DNA of 64,000 nt from Anaerolineae bacterium (GTDB lineage Bacteria > Chloroflexota > Anaerolineae > UBA1429), in contig OY776562.1 in assembly GCA_963675785.1 (NCBI GenBank), positions 224,001 to 288,000 on the forward strand. The letters run 5' to 3'. A program made the translations under genes and the position numbers. Shown in pieces: positions 20,088 to 30,194 of this stretch. Under the pieces are notes generated by a model. The model was not told the DNA's origin. It saw only the letters and a program-made list of their open reading frames with translations, and did no database searches. Each line of letters begins with the position of its first letter. The stretch's first letter is position 1.

Positions 20088-20582
20088 ATGAAATTAGGTC
20101 GTTTTGCTGTCTTGATGCTTTCTCTTGTTCTCTTGGGGTGTACCCAAACTGCAGAAACCCCTACAGTATCGGGAGGTGAGAGCCTTACGCTGACGCCCAC
20201 CGTGGCTCCGGCGACACTCGAACCTACCCCATTCCCAACTATCGATGTAATAGCTCCAGACAGCACTTTTGTTGAGGTGGGATCTACGGCAACTCTTTCA
20301 GGTGAAGGTGCTTCAGGACGTGCGGTTGTTGCCGGCCTACAGACGCTGATTATACGGAGCTTTGCCTTCGACGGCAAGGATACTGCCGCGGATATTCGCC
20401 TCGTCAAGGCTGACACTCCAGAAGAACCTATTGCCGTCTTGTTGGAGCTTGAGCAGCGTGTCTATGATGAAGAATTGCTCGTGCTGGTGATCCCTGAGGG
20501 ATTGGCAGATACCGGAGCTGATACAATCGCAATCTATGCCACAGAAAACCAACAGATGCTTGCTTCCGGCATTTTTGAGTAG
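20088..20582 (+). CDS. Lipoprotein with DM13-like domain
   Basis: Lipobox LLGC, P/T-rich linker, F.FDG...DIRL; start re-assigned to MKLGR. Confidence 0.55.
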   Translation: MKLGRFAVLMLSLVLLGCTQTAETPTVSGGESLTLTPTVAPATLEPTPFPTIDVIAPDSTFVEVGSTATLSGEGASGRAVVAGLQTLIIRSFAFDGKDTAADIRLVKADTPEEPIAVLLELEQRVYDEELLVLVIPEGLADTGADTIAIYATENQQMLASGIFE

Positions 20583-20590
20583 GGGAACGG

Positions 20591-21328
20591 ATGTCGCACA
20601 GAATTGAATCACTTCAAAATGATTGGAATGATCTAGGGCAGCTCGATCCTATGTGGGCTATTCTGACAGAACCTGAGCGACGTGGCAATTGGGATCGAGC
20701 GGCTTTTTTCGAGACGGGCCTGGTTGAGATTGACGCGCTGCTAGAAACGCTGAGACTTTTAGGGATTTCAATAAACGGTGAGCGGGCGCTCGATTTTGGC
20801 TGCGGTATCGGTCGACTTTCACAGGCATTAGCAAGGCATTTTGGCATTGTGGATGGCGTGGACATTGCACCATCCATGATACAGTTGGGTGACCAACTCA
20901 ATCCTGAACCAGAGCGCATTCATTATCACGTGAATGCCAGCAATGATCTGGCCCTTTTTGATGATGGCACTTTTGACATGGTTCTCTCGTTGATTACTTT
21001 GCAACACATGCCTCGTGCACTATCAGCTGCTTATATGGCCGAGTTTGTGCGGGTGCTCAAGCCCGGTGGTGTTTGCGTTTTCCAGATTCCCTGGCGACGG
21101 CATAATCTTGTGATGCGTATTATGCCGCGATTCCTTTTGAACTGGCTCTTTATGCTACGTAATCCAGGGGTGCCTCGTGCCCAGATGTTTGGCACCTCGC
21201 CTGCTCGGGTTCGAGAGATTGTCGAGTCCGTCGGGGGACATGTCTCTAGTCAGCAGCAAGATGAACGTGCGGGTGCAAACTGGCAAAGCTTGTTATATGT
21301 TGTCACAGTTGACGCCGAACTCGCCTAG
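20591..21328 (+). CDS. Class I SAM-dependent methyltransferase
   Basis: ALDFGCGIGR, GVDIAPSM, LQHMP, RVLKPGG. Confidence 0.9.
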   Translation: MSHRIESLQNDWNDLGQLDPMWAILTEPERRGNWDRAAFFETGLVEIDALLETLRLLGISINGERALDFGCGIGRLSQALARHFGIVDGVDIAPSMIQLGDQLNPEPERIHYHVNASNDLALFDDGTFDMVLSLITLQHMPRALSAAYMAEFVRVLKPGGVCVFQIPWRRHNLVMRIMPRFLLNWLFMLRNPGVPRAQMFGTSPARVREIVESVGGHVSSQQQDERAGANWQSLLYVVTVDAELA

Positions 21329-21342
21329 ATTGTGAGCTAGAA

Positions 21343-22689
21343 TTGTCAGACCTCGTTACTGCCCTCATCGATGTTTATGGATGCCTCGACACCGGGCAAT
21401 TATCTAGATATCGCTCATGTCTTGCTGCTTTTGGAGGATTATATGGTCCTGGACCGGCACAGATCTATCATGCGCCGGGGCGCGTAAATCTCATCGGGGA
21501 GCACACGGACTATAATCAGGGTTTTGTTCTGCCCATGGCGCTGGATCGGGACATCATCATGCTGGTGCGTCCACGACAGGATCGCCAAGTGCATATTTAC
21601 AATATCGAATCAGATCTCTACTCTGAGCGTTCTTTTGAACTGGCTTCTGACATCCCCCTTAGAGAGGTAGGCAACTGGGCCAATTATGTGCAAGGAGCCG
21701 CTCAATACCTGTTTCGCCGATATCCAGATATAAGGGGTTTTGATGCTTTGGTTGATGGTCGCTCGCCGTATGGGGTGCCGCGCGGAGCGGGACTTTCCTC
21801 TTCTTCGGCACTTACGGTGGCAAGCATGGCCGCTTTTGTGGGCACAAATTGTCTCGACCTGCAAGGGCAGGATCTGGCTTTGGCCTGCAGTGAGGCGGAA
21901 TGGTATGTAGGTACTCGCGGTGGTATCATGGATCACTTTGCCTCGGTTTTGTGCAAGCAGGGGCAGGCTCTTTTTCTGGATTGTCGTGTAGATGGTAATG
22001 GTGAATACCCCATTCGCCATGTGCCATTGCCAGCTGATATGGCTGTGTTAGTGGCGGATAGTGGGATTCGACATAACAACACTGGCCCCTACTTTAATCG
22101 ACGTGTGGCCGAGTGCCGCATAGGTGTGCAACTGATGTGCAGAGCAGGGCTAGATGTCTTGGCCTTGCGCGATATTGATGCAGATGCGTGGGATAGCGTT
22201 GAGTACAAACTACCGGACGAGGTTTCACGAGATGTTCTGTTGGCAGAAGGCATCGACCCTGATGCTTTACTGGCGGATGGTGTGAGTGCAGAGGCTGATT
22301 CATTCTTTGTACGCAAGCGTTGTCGTCACGTTGTTACAGAAAATGCGCGCGTCTTGGATGCGGTAGATGCTCTTGATAAGGGCGATATGCCCCGTTTTGG
22401 GAGTTTATTGAAAGCGGCGCATGCCAGTGCACGGGATGATTACGAAATCAGCCTTGACGAGATCGAAGCATTGGTTGATGCCGCAATGGCCTGTAAAGGC
22501 GTTTTGGGTGCTCGACTTACAGGTGCAGGGTGGGGTGGTTGTATTGTTGCGCTTGTGCAGGGGCAAACGGCAGAGAATGCTGCCGAATGTATCGCTTCCT
22601 TTTATCTGGCGGCAACTGGTAAGGCTACGGACATCTTTGTGTGCCGATCTGCACGTGGGGCCGGGCTCGTGCTGGATACTTTAATCTAG
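21343..22689 (+). CDS. galK: Galactokinase (GHMP kinase)
   Basis: APGRVNLIGEHTDYN, GAGLSSSSA, GARLTGAGWGGC. Confidence 0.9.
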   Translation: MSDLVTALIDVYGCLDTGQLSRYRSCLAAFGGLYGPGPAQIYHAPGRVNLIGEHTDYNQGFVLPMALDRDIIMLVRPRQDRQVHIYNIESDLYSERSFELASDIPLREVGNWANYVQGAAQYLFRRYPDIRGFDALVDGRSPYGVPRGAGLSSSSALTVASMAAFVGTNCLDLQGQDLALACSEAEWYVGTRGGIMDHFASVLCKQGQALFLDCRVDGNGEYPIRHVPLPADMAVLVADSGIRHNNTGPYFNRRVAECRIGVQLMCRAGLDVLALRDIDADAWDSVEYKLPDEVSRDVLLAEGIDPDALLADGVSAEADSFFVRKRCRHVVTENARVLDAVDALDKGDMPRFGSLLKAAHASARDDYEISLDEIEALVDAAMACKGVLGARLTGAGWGGCIVALVQGQTAENAAECIASFYLAATGKATDIFVCRSARGAGLVLDTLI

Positions 22690-22702
22690 TTGGGAGGTTC
22701 TC

Positions 22703-23110
22703 ATGACCAAAGACCAGGCATGTGAACGAGCTTTTGAACTGATGGCTAATGGGATGCACTGTTCTGAGGCAGTAGTCCAGGCTGCTGGTGAGTATCTGTG
22801 GGGAAATTGTCCAGACATTCTAGCACGGGCGTCTTCTCCTTTTGGTGGAGGTGTTGCGGGTACGCATGACGAGATTTGCGGTGCTTTGAGCGGGGCCATT
22901 CTCATCATCGGCGCTCGATATGGGCGTGTCTTGGCCGACGAATCAGATGATAAGGCATATGCCTTATCCCAACAGCTTCGTGAGCAGTTCATCGCATATG
23001 CCTCAACAACGCGTTGTGACGATGTCAAGACGGCAGTAGGGCAGGAACCCGCGGGCTGCAAAGTCGTGGCTCAAGAGACGGTGCGCATGCTGTTGGATTT
23101 GATCGACTGA
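22703..23110 (+). CDS. C-GCAxxG-C-C family putative redox protein
   Basis: HCSEAV, FGGG, ICGALSG, TRC and GC motifs. Confidence 0.85.
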   Translation: MTKDQACERAFELMANGMHCSEAVVQAAGEYLWGNCPDILARASSPFGGGVAGTHDEICGALSGAILIIGARYGRVLADESDDKAYALSQQLREQFIAYASTTRCDDVKTAVGQEPAGCKVVAQETVRMLLDLID

Positions 23111-23133
23111 TTTTACACGCAATAGGACTTTTG

Positions 23134-23160
23134 AGGGACACTTGATCAAGTGTCCCTTTT
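23134..23160 (+). terminator. Intrinsic terminator
   Basis: AGGGACACTTGA|TCAAGTGTCCCT followed by a T-run. Confidence 0.75.
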
Positions 23161-23306
23161 GTTGTTTTCAGACGGTCCAAGTATTCAGTGCGCAGGCCAG
23201 TTTCAGTAGGTTTGTGCGGCGAGCAGTAGATACAAATAAGGAAACCGCCAGCCAAGAGAAACAAGACTGACGGTTTTTGATAGTCATGCGATAGAGCAGA
23301 GGGATT

Positions 23307-23855
23307 CTAGATTGTCTCGAAATCGATTTGGTACAGCTTGAATGTCACGTTCAGATCTTTGGGTTGCCACATCTCATCATATGAGTAGCGGTATGTCATA
23401 CCGAGCTTTTCCATCACTTGACCGCTTGCCGGGTTGTTCACGTCATGGGTCGCTGTGATAAAGCGAAAATCGTTTTTCTCTAGTCGTTCCAACACGGCTT
23501 TGCATGCTTCTGTGGTGATACCCTGATTCCAGAATTCCTGACGTAGACCATAGCCTAGTTCGCCACAACCTTTTTCCACATTGATACCACACAACGAAAC
23601 ATAGCCAATGACCTGATTTATCTGCTTGTGGACAACTGCATAATGATAGGCGGATTCTTTTTCATATTCAGGATAGATTTGATTGTGTAGATAGTCTCTT
23701 GTTTCTTCAACTGTCTGCAAGGGAAACCACGGTAGGAACGTGTTTACTTTTTCGTCGCTGTAGATGAGAAACATGTCTTCAATATCTGCATCTACGAATC
23801 TCCTCAAGATCAGTCTTTTTGTTTCAAGAACAGGCGTGTTTTCTCTTCTCGGCAT
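23307..23855 (-). CDS. GNAT N-acetyltransferase (RimJ/RimL-like)
   Basis: LETKRLILR, ELGY, FWNQGITTEA, NPASGQVMEKLGM. Confidence 0.9.
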   Translation of the reverse strand: MPRRENTPVLETKRLILRRFVDADIEDMFLIYSDEKVNTFLPWFPLQTVEETRDYLHNQIYPEYEKESAYHYAVVHKQINQVIGYVSLCGINVEKGCGELGYGLRQEFWNQGITTEACKAVLERLEKNDFRFITATHDVNNPASGQVMEKLGMTYRYSYDEMWQPKDLNVTFKLYQIDFETI

Positions 23856-24045
23856 ATCTTTCTATTCTCAGGCTCCAATTTGTCTTTGCAATGATAAGCA
23901 AGTGGATCATAGCTTATTTCATGCATCACAGCGGCAAAAAGTCTATTGGCCGTTCTGCCGCTGTGATAGAATGATTTATCGCCTTGGAGGGGATAATCCG
24001 TAGCAAAAATCAGGCAGAGGTATACTTTGGGATACCTTTTGATGT

Positions 24046-24996
24046 TTAAAGAGGCATACCTTGCCGTTGCATAAAAGTCATGACTTCTTGTAGGTAAGGG
24101 GCGCCCTCCATAGGGCCTTGTTTGCTAGTGGCCAGAGCGCCAACAGCATTAGCCAGGCGTCCTACTTTATCCAGGGGCCAGTTTTGCAGCAACCCGGTCA
24201 TAAAGGCGGCATCGTAACAGTCGCCGGCTCCTGTGGGGTCAACTTCTATCACACTGTAGGGAGAAACGTGCAAAACCCCTTCTCTCGTAAAGATACGCGA
24301 TCCCCCTTCCCCTTCTTTGAGTGCCACAATCTCGATGCCTTTGTCCAACAGCGTCTGCGCCGCTTCCTCGGGCGTATTAGCGCCGGTAAGCATGGTGGCT
24401 TCTGCGCCGCTGGGGAAAACAACCCGACAAAGCGACAAAATGGGCTCACAGATATCGCGAATCTTTTCTGGGTCCATGAGTTCAGGTCTGAGATTGGGAT
24501 CAAGCGAGACCGAGCCGCCAGCCTGATATATGTCGCGAGCTAACTTGTAGCAAGCCTCTCGCATAGAATCACTAAAAGTTAATGACGATCCCATGATGTG
24601 TATATGTCTGGCAGTGTGGTAGCTGACAGGAATATGCTCATACTGCACCGCCGCTGCGGCCGAGCCAGATAGATGATAAACAAATGAGCGGCTACCATCC
24701 GAACGATATGAGACAAAGGCGATACCTGTCAGCAACGAGTTCATGTGCTTTAACCCGCTGCAATCCAAGCCGTCTTGTTCTAAACGGTTATAGATACAAT
24801 TACCAAACGCATCGTGCCCAATGGCCCCAACAAAGCCAACTTTGCTGCCCAGCCGCTGGGCGGCATCGGCAAAGATGGCGGGGGCCCCACTTGGGTAGGG
24901 CCCCGTCAGGCCAGCGGGTCGGTCAAGAGGCTGGTCGAGTTCGGTACGCATGATCTCGACTAGAGCTTCGCCGATGCTGACGATGTCCAATGTCAC
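24046..24996 (-). CDS. PfkB family sugar kinase
   Basis: GPYPSGAPAIFA, DPNLRP, DPTGAGDCYD. Confidence 0.92.
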   Translation of the reverse strand: MTLDIVSIGEALVEIMRTELDQPLDRPAGLTGPYPSGAPAIFADAAQRLGSKVGFVGAIGHDAFGNCIYNRLEQDGLDCSGLKHMNSLLTGIAFVSYRSDGSRSFVYHLSGSAAAAVQYEHIPVSYHTARHIHIMGSSLTFSDSMREACYKLARDIYQAGGSVSLDPNLRPELMDPEKIRDICEPILSLCRVVFPSGAEATMLTGANTPEEAAQTLLDKGIEIVALKEGEGGSRIFTREGVLHVSPYSVIEVDPTGAGDCYDAAFMTGLLQNWPLDKVGRLANAVGALATSKQGPMEGAPYLQEVMTFMQRQGMPL

Positions 24997-25003
24997 TTTG
25001 GTC

Positions 25004-28000
25004 TTACTCCTCGCAGATGGTTACCTGGCCAAAGAGCCCCCAGGCTTTGAGCACATAGTTGGGTGTATAGGTCTCGTTCGTTCTGCGGAACGAACGCCAA
25101 TCCGTCCAGGGTTCGCGCCCAGCGGCCAGGTGAAGCGGGCCCAACATGTTGCGGGGGCTGCTCACCACTTCGATGTCCACGTTATTAGCACCAGGTACCA
25201 AATATGGCGTCAGATCAAAGCCATTGCGTGCTGCCCAGGGGATGTGCCCCACCAAATTACCATTGACGTATAGAGCAATGTCAATGGCTTTCCACTCGCC
25301 TAGATACAGCCGATAGGTTTTGTCTTCCTTCTTGGCCGAAAAAGCTGCGTGGTAGATCATGCTGCCCGCATAGTGGGGATAGCCCTGGCTGGTCCAGTCG
25401 CCAAAGTGCAACGTTTCGGGTTCGGCAATGATGTGCCGATCCATGCTGACGCCGAAATCACCCAGGATGAAGCAATCTTCGACTTCCATGTGGTTGGTGT
25501 AACCGCATGAGAGTACCAGCACGTTGGTGCCGCAAATCAGGGATGGCAGGCGCACTTTATGCATTGCCCGATCGAGGTACCAACCGGCGATTTTGTTATC
25601 AACCGGCTCGCCATTCAGGCTGATTTCATAGTCGCCAGCACCTTCGACCAGCAAATACACAGGGCTGCTGGGTGGCGTGTCGACTTCAAAGACAAAAGCA
25701 AAGGCGACGGGGGTACCATCCTTGGGGTGCGCTTGGCAGGCCCACTTGTAGCGCTGCGGTAGACCATTGTAATAGTTAGAGCGCATGCCGAGGGCTTGAC
25801 GTACATCATCTTGGGCACGCCACACCTCCATCTCGTCAGACCACTCATCTTCACTCATGGCATATCGACACATATCCAGCGTGAGGATATTGGGATCGGT
25901 GCGGCTAAAGGCGCATTCCGGCCCAATGTACCAGCTCGGATTTTGCGCATGGAAATACCAGGCGGGCATGGGCGAAAGCGGCTCAGCCTGGAGCGCAGGC
26001 TCTTGTTCTGGGTCAATGACATAGATGCGCGAATCTGTGGGGCCAAAGGATGATGCAAACGAAACCAGATTGCCTTTGCGTTCGACAGCGATCTCGCGCG
26101 TTTCACCAGTTAGGGGATCCCACTCTTCAACACGGCCCGCGCCTTCAAGCTCAATGATCAGTTCATGCGTGTTGTTGCGGTCGTTGTTGACAACAAAGTA
26201 AGCATTGGCATCGCCGATCTTGCGCTGCATGTAGAGAATGCTGGCATCTTCCATGCCCTGGCGAGTGCGAATGCTGACGCGCTGGGGAACAGCCTTGTCC
26301 AAAGCCGGTTTGAGTTCTGAAACGTCATTGAGAATAACTGTTCCCGCGGCATTCCAGAGTTTTTCCAAGTCCTCGCTCTCGACGCCCTCAACCATGGCTG
26401 GAAGTGTCTTAAAAGCGATGACAGTGCCGCCGTTACGGCTGTACTCGACCAGGGTTTTCAGGGTTGATTTGAACATAGTTCGCGTCAAAGGCGGAATGAC
26501 CACGGCCTGATAAGAGACCTCACCCACCTTGATTTTGCCATCTTGAACAGAAGCAAGATCGGCCATAATGATTTCGTCGCCGAAATCAAAGTCGTGATGG
26601 GTGGCCAAAACTGCGCGTGTAAAGTCGTTCACGTGCTGACCATATTCGTTGACAGTTGCTTCGCTTTCGGAGCCCTCTTTGAGCATGGTCCAGCCAGTGC
26701 TTACGGGATGCAGCACGAGGACATCGCGAACAGCCTTGCCCGAGGTGGTGACAGCCGCTATGCGAGCAAAGTAATCTTCGATGAGGGCGTTATACTTCCA
26801 CCAGGTGGTATTGTAATTGAAGGCAGGCGGATAGTCGCGTTTGCGACAGCCACGCAGCGAATAGAGCGCCAGATGCTGGCAGCGGATGTTGACGCCCAGC
26901 ACGTATTGCCAGTCACCGACCCATTTTTGGCCCTCAAAATCAAACTCCCAGCTAGAGCAGCCATAGGTTTCCGAGAGGACGTGCTTGCGCCCCATTTGAT
27001 TGGCCGCACTGGAGCACTGCTTGATGGTTAGATTCTCATAGGTTTGTTCAGTCAACATATCGATGCCCGGAACAGCCTGATAACGGTAATGGGGCATCAT
27101 GGCGCCAGAACTCTTGATTCCGGTGCCCAATTCGTTCTCGTTCAAAAAGTGGCCGGTAAAGGCCAATCCATGGGCATCGCACCATTCACCGAGCTGTTTG
27201 GCATAGGCTTCAGAGAAACGATCTGCGATGGTATGCCAGTAATCATGGCGGGCGCGTTCTTGCCCTTCGCCGTCAAAAAAGAGTAGGGGCAAGACAGAGA
27301 GTAAATCATATCCACGGCGCTCGGCAAAGAATGCGGGCAGGCTATCTGTCCATGGCAGGCAACGACGCTGGGAGGCCAGATTCACGGCCTTGACATTGGG
27401 TTCGTCAGTAAAGATGCCGGGGATTGTTTTACCAAACTCGTCACCCACGAGTTCTGCATAGGCCTCATAGGTGGTATCGATAAAAGCCCGGACCGAATCA
27501 GGGTTCAGATTATCAGCATAGGTGTCGTCGTTAAACCATTCAGAGGGCTCGGAAAGCTCTCTGCGGAAGATAAGTAGCACTTCGCCGTCCGCCGCCTGTC
27601 CCTTGCTGGTGGGCTCTGCCAAAACCAGCGTATCGCCGTCAATCTGGGCCGCAAAAACGGCCAGAATGTGCTCATCATCATCTGGCGCAGTCTCGGCCAG
27701 TTCTACTGTAAGAGCCTTGATGCGATAGTCATCTCCGCCAGCAGCGGGAACCAGGCCACCGGCTGCGCCCGAGGGCCAGCGATCCTCGTCATACAGCCAG
27801 GCCAGGTTGCCAATTTCCTTGGCTGTCTTCACAGTTTCTTTGATGCACGACATCCACTCGTCGCTCATGTAGACAGTTTCCAGGCCATCACGGGAGTGCA
27901 TGAAAAAGCCTCCCATGCCGTGATCATGCATATCCTTGACCTGACGATCGAGTTCTTGCTGATCGAGGCGGTCATTCCATGACCAAAAAGGCGCTCCCCG

Positions 28001-28045
28001 CAACATGGCATCCGGGGAAACGAAAAGTTTGCGGATCTTTTGCAT
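25004..28045 (-). CDS. Glycoside hydrolase, GH106 / alpha-L-rhamnosidase-like
   Basis: PFWSWN, GGFFMH, WLYDEDRWPSG, IFTDEP, SETYG; start re-assigned to MQKIR using RBS AAGGAG. Confidence 0.75.
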   Translation of the reverse strand: MQKIRKLFVSPDAMLRGAPFWSWNDRLDQQELDRQVKDMHDHGMGGFFMHSRDGLETVYMSDEWMSCIKETVKTAKEIGNLAWLYDEDRWPSGAAGGLVPAAGGDDYRIKALTVELAETAPDDDEHILAVFAAQIDGDTLVLAEPTSKGQAADGEVLLIFRRELSEPSEWFNDDTYADNLNPDSVRAFIDTTYEAYAELVGDEFGKTIPGIFTDEPNVKAVNLASQRRCLPWTDSLPAFFAERRGYDLLSVLPLLFFDGEGQERARHDYWHTIADRFSEAYAKQLGEWCDAHGLAFTGHFLNENELGTGIKSSGAMMPHYRYQAVPGIDMLTEQTYENLTIKQCSSAANQMGRKHVLSETYGCSSWEFDFEGQKWVGDWQYVLGVNIRCQHLALYSLRGCRKRDYPPAFNYNTTWWKYNALIEDYFARIAAVTTSGKAVRDVLVLHPVSTGWTMLKEGSESEATVNEYGQHVNDFTRAVLATHHDFDFGDEIIMADLASVQDGKIKVGEVSYQAVVIPPLTRTMFKSTLKTLVEYSRNGGTVIAFKTLPAMVEGVESEDLEKLWNAAGTVILNDVSELKPALDKAVPQRVSIRTRQGMEDASILYMQRKIGDANAYFVVNNDRNNTHELIIELEGAGRVEEWDPLTGETREIAVERKGNLVSFASSFGPTDSRIYVIDPEQEPALQAEPLSPMPAWYFHAQNPSWYIGPECAFSRTDPNILTLDMCRYAMSEDEWSDEMEVWRAQDDVRQALGMRSNYYNGLPQRYKWACQAHPKDGTPVAFAFVFEVDTPPSSPVYLLVEGAGDYEISLNGEPVDNKIAGWYLDRAMHKVRLPSLICGTNVLVLSCGYTNHMEVEDCFILGDFGVSMDRHIIAEPETLHFGDWTSQGYPHYAGSMIYHAAFSAKKEDKTYRLYLGEWKAIDIALYVNGNLVGHIPWAARNGFDLTPYLVPGANNVDIEVVSSPRNMLGPLHLAAGREPWTDWRSFRRTNETYTPNYVLKAWGLFGQVTICEE

Positions 28046-28208
28046 GTTGGCACTCCTTGTCAACACTATGCGATATTGCTGCCATCCTAGTGCCAGTTGT
28101 ACAAAAGCGCAAGATGGTGTGGGTTCAAAACTGGGCAATTTGCCAATTAACCCTTGCGGTGGGGGTATCAGCTATGATACACTCGACACGGTCATGGGGA
28201 GAATGCGC

Positions 28209-28931
28209 ATGCAAGTACTCGTTCTATCAGATGTCCACAGCAATCTTGTTGCTCTGCAAGCCGTGCTCGCTGATGCGGGATCGTTCGATGCTATTTGGTC
28301 TCTGGGAGATGTAGTAGGCTATGGCCCGCAGCCCAACGAATGTATCGAACTTCTTTTGTCCTATCCGCATCTCGCAGTAGCGGGGAACCACGATTGGGGC
28401 TCTTTAGGCAAGATGGATCTGCGTGATTTCAATGTCGATGCTCGCCAGGCAAACTTGTGGACTCGGGAGCAGCTTTCGGCGCGTTCATGGGGATATCTCG
28501 AAGCGTTGCCCGAGACACTCGAAGAAGATGATTTCACTCTGGTACACGGCAGCCCGCGCTATCCACTTATCGAGTATCTCGTTTATCCCTCTCTGGCACG
28601 TCAGAGTTTGTCTTTCTTTTCAACCTCTGTTTGTTTTGTGGGACACTCTCACATACCCTCTTTGTTCGCTTGTACGGATTCGGAAGTGCGCGTGGTGACG
28701 CCCGCGTTAGGTGTTCCCCTCAAATTGGGCAATGAACGCTATATCATCAATCCCGGCAGCGTGGGGCAACCGCGCGATGGTGATCCGCGTGCTTCTTATA
28801 TGATGCTGGAAACGGTGGAACACACCATCACCTACCGGCGAGTGATCTATGATATCTCTGTAACCCAAGCTCTGATGCAAGAAGCAAACTTGCCTCCACG
28901 TTCTATCGCGCGTCTGGAGTTTGGATGGTGA
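28209..28931 (+). CDS. Metallophosphoesterase (calcineurin-like)
   Basis: SDVHSN, GDVVGYG, GNHD, HGSP, GHSH, NPGSVGQPRDG. Confidence 0.92.
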   Translation: MQVLVLSDVHSNLVALQAVLADAGSFDAIWSLGDVVGYGPQPNECIELLLSYPHLAVAGNHDWGSLGKMDLRDFNVDARQANLWTREQLSARSWGYLEALPETLEEDDFTLVHGSPRYPLIEYLVYPSLARQSLSFFSTSVCFVGHSHIPSLFACTDSEVRVVTPALGVPLKLGNERYIINPGSVGQPRDGDPRASYMMLETVEHTITYRRVIYDISVTQALMQEANLPPRSIARLEFGW

Positions 28932-28991
28932 TGGAACAGCAAACGCGGTTTCGTCGTTCTACTAAAAGAGCTCGCTGAGAAGGAGATTTAC

Positions 28992-29903
28992 ATGCATAGA
29001 CGAAAGAGTGCAATTGCGCTTGTCCTTTTGGTGATAGCGCTGGTTGTGACGGGTTGCTCGTCATCATCCAAATCCGACGAGGATTCCGCAGAACGTGTTA
29101 GTGGTGGGGCAGCTCCAGCGGCGCAGGTGGATGGGTCGTACGGGTATACGTCTGATACCGTGACGAGCACTGAGTCAGAGCTGGGGAATTCTGCTGATGT
29201 AACCGATCGGATGATTATCCAGACAGCAAATATTGGTCTGGAGGTTACAGACACCCAGGTGGCAGTGGATGCAATCATGGCCATGGTGTCGGGAAGTGGT
29301 GGTTATGTATCCAGTTCTAGTCTTTGGTATAGCGATGAAGATTTGCGTGCCAGCCTGACGCTGAGAGTGCCTGCTGCGAGCCTAGACAGTATTATGGGCA
29401 GTTTGCGAGATTTGGCTCTTCGCGTGGAGAACGAAAGCACCAGTGGTGAGGATGTTACTGAGGAATATGTCGACATTCAGGCACAGTTGCGGAATCTCGA
29501 AGCTGCAGAAACCGAACTATTGGAGCTCTTGTCCGAGGCTCGCGAGAGCGGCGGAGATGCCGAAGATGTGCTGGCTATCTATCGTGAAATCACCAGCATT
29601 CGTTCAGAGATTGAATCGTTAAAGGGACGCCAAACCTATCTGGAAGGTATGACTGCTCTGGCGACGATTTATGTCAGCGTTTGGCCAGAGGATAGTCCCT
29701 CCAGCGTAGTTGAAGAATCATGGAAACCGTTGGTGACAATAAGCCGTGCTGCTCGTGCCTTGCTAAACGGTTTGGAGGGATTGGCGGATGTTCTGATCTA
29801 TGTGATCATTCTCTCGCCCATCGTTGCCATTCCTGTAGGAATTGTGTGGTTGCTGGTTCGCAGTCTCAAGAAGAAAAAGCAAAAGGACGAAGCGGACAAG
29901 TAA
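28992..29903 (+). CDS. DUF4349-domain lipoprotein
   Basis: Lipobox VTGC, RMIIQTA, LRVPA, EDVTEEYVD, C-terminal TM. Confidence 0.85.
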   Translation: MHRRKSAIALVLLVIALVVTGCSSSSKSDEDSAERVSGGAAPAAQVDGSYGYTSDTVTSTESELGNSADVTDRMIIQTANIGLEVTDTQVAVDAIMAMVSGSGGYVSSSSLWYSDEDLRASLTLRVPAASLDSIMGSLRDLALRVENESTSGEDVTEEYVDIQAQLRNLEAAETELLELLSEARESGGDAEDVLAIYREITSIRSEIESLKGRQTYLEGMTALATIYVSVWPEDSPSSVVEESWKPLVTISRAARALLNGLEGLADVLIYVIILSPIVAIPVGIVWLLVRSLKKKKQKDEADK

Positions 29904-29947
29904 GCAAAAGGTAGGGTCGACAAAGGCGTCGACATCTGATCTTGAGT

Positions 29948-29982
29948 AAGAGGGCACGGGGTTTAACCCGTGCCCTCTTTTT
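29948..29982. terminator. Bidirectional terminator
   Basis: AAGAGGGCACGGG-gtttaa-CCCGTGCCCTCTTTTT. Confidence 0.8.
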
Positions 29983-30173
29983 TATGCGACTGGCTCTTCT
30001 ACAGAATCAATGATGTCTCCCAGAACAATCTCTTCCGGGCTATTCAAAACAACATCCTTGTGACTAGTGGCCTCGGATTCTAATTCTCGATGGCTGTTTT
30101 TCAAGAGTGTAAGCCCAAATCCGAGCATACCTCCCGCCAAAAGACCCATGGCGATTCGTGCGTTGCGTTTCAT
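29982..30173 (-). CDS. Small single-TM protein (Gly-zipper N-terminus)
   Basis: RBS GGAG, GLLAGGMLGFG helix and acidic tail; directly downstream of valS. Confidence 0.55.
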   Translation of the reverse strand: MKRNARIAMGLLAGGMLGFGLTLLKNSHRELESEATSHKDVVLNSPEEIVLGDIIDSVEEPVA

Positions 30174-30194
30174 TATTTTCTCCGGTATTAACCG

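Noticed and set aside
22703-23110. C-GCAxxG-C-C protein as a second selenoprotein
   Set aside because: All motif positions are Cys; the terminal TGA is soon followed by another stop and a terminator
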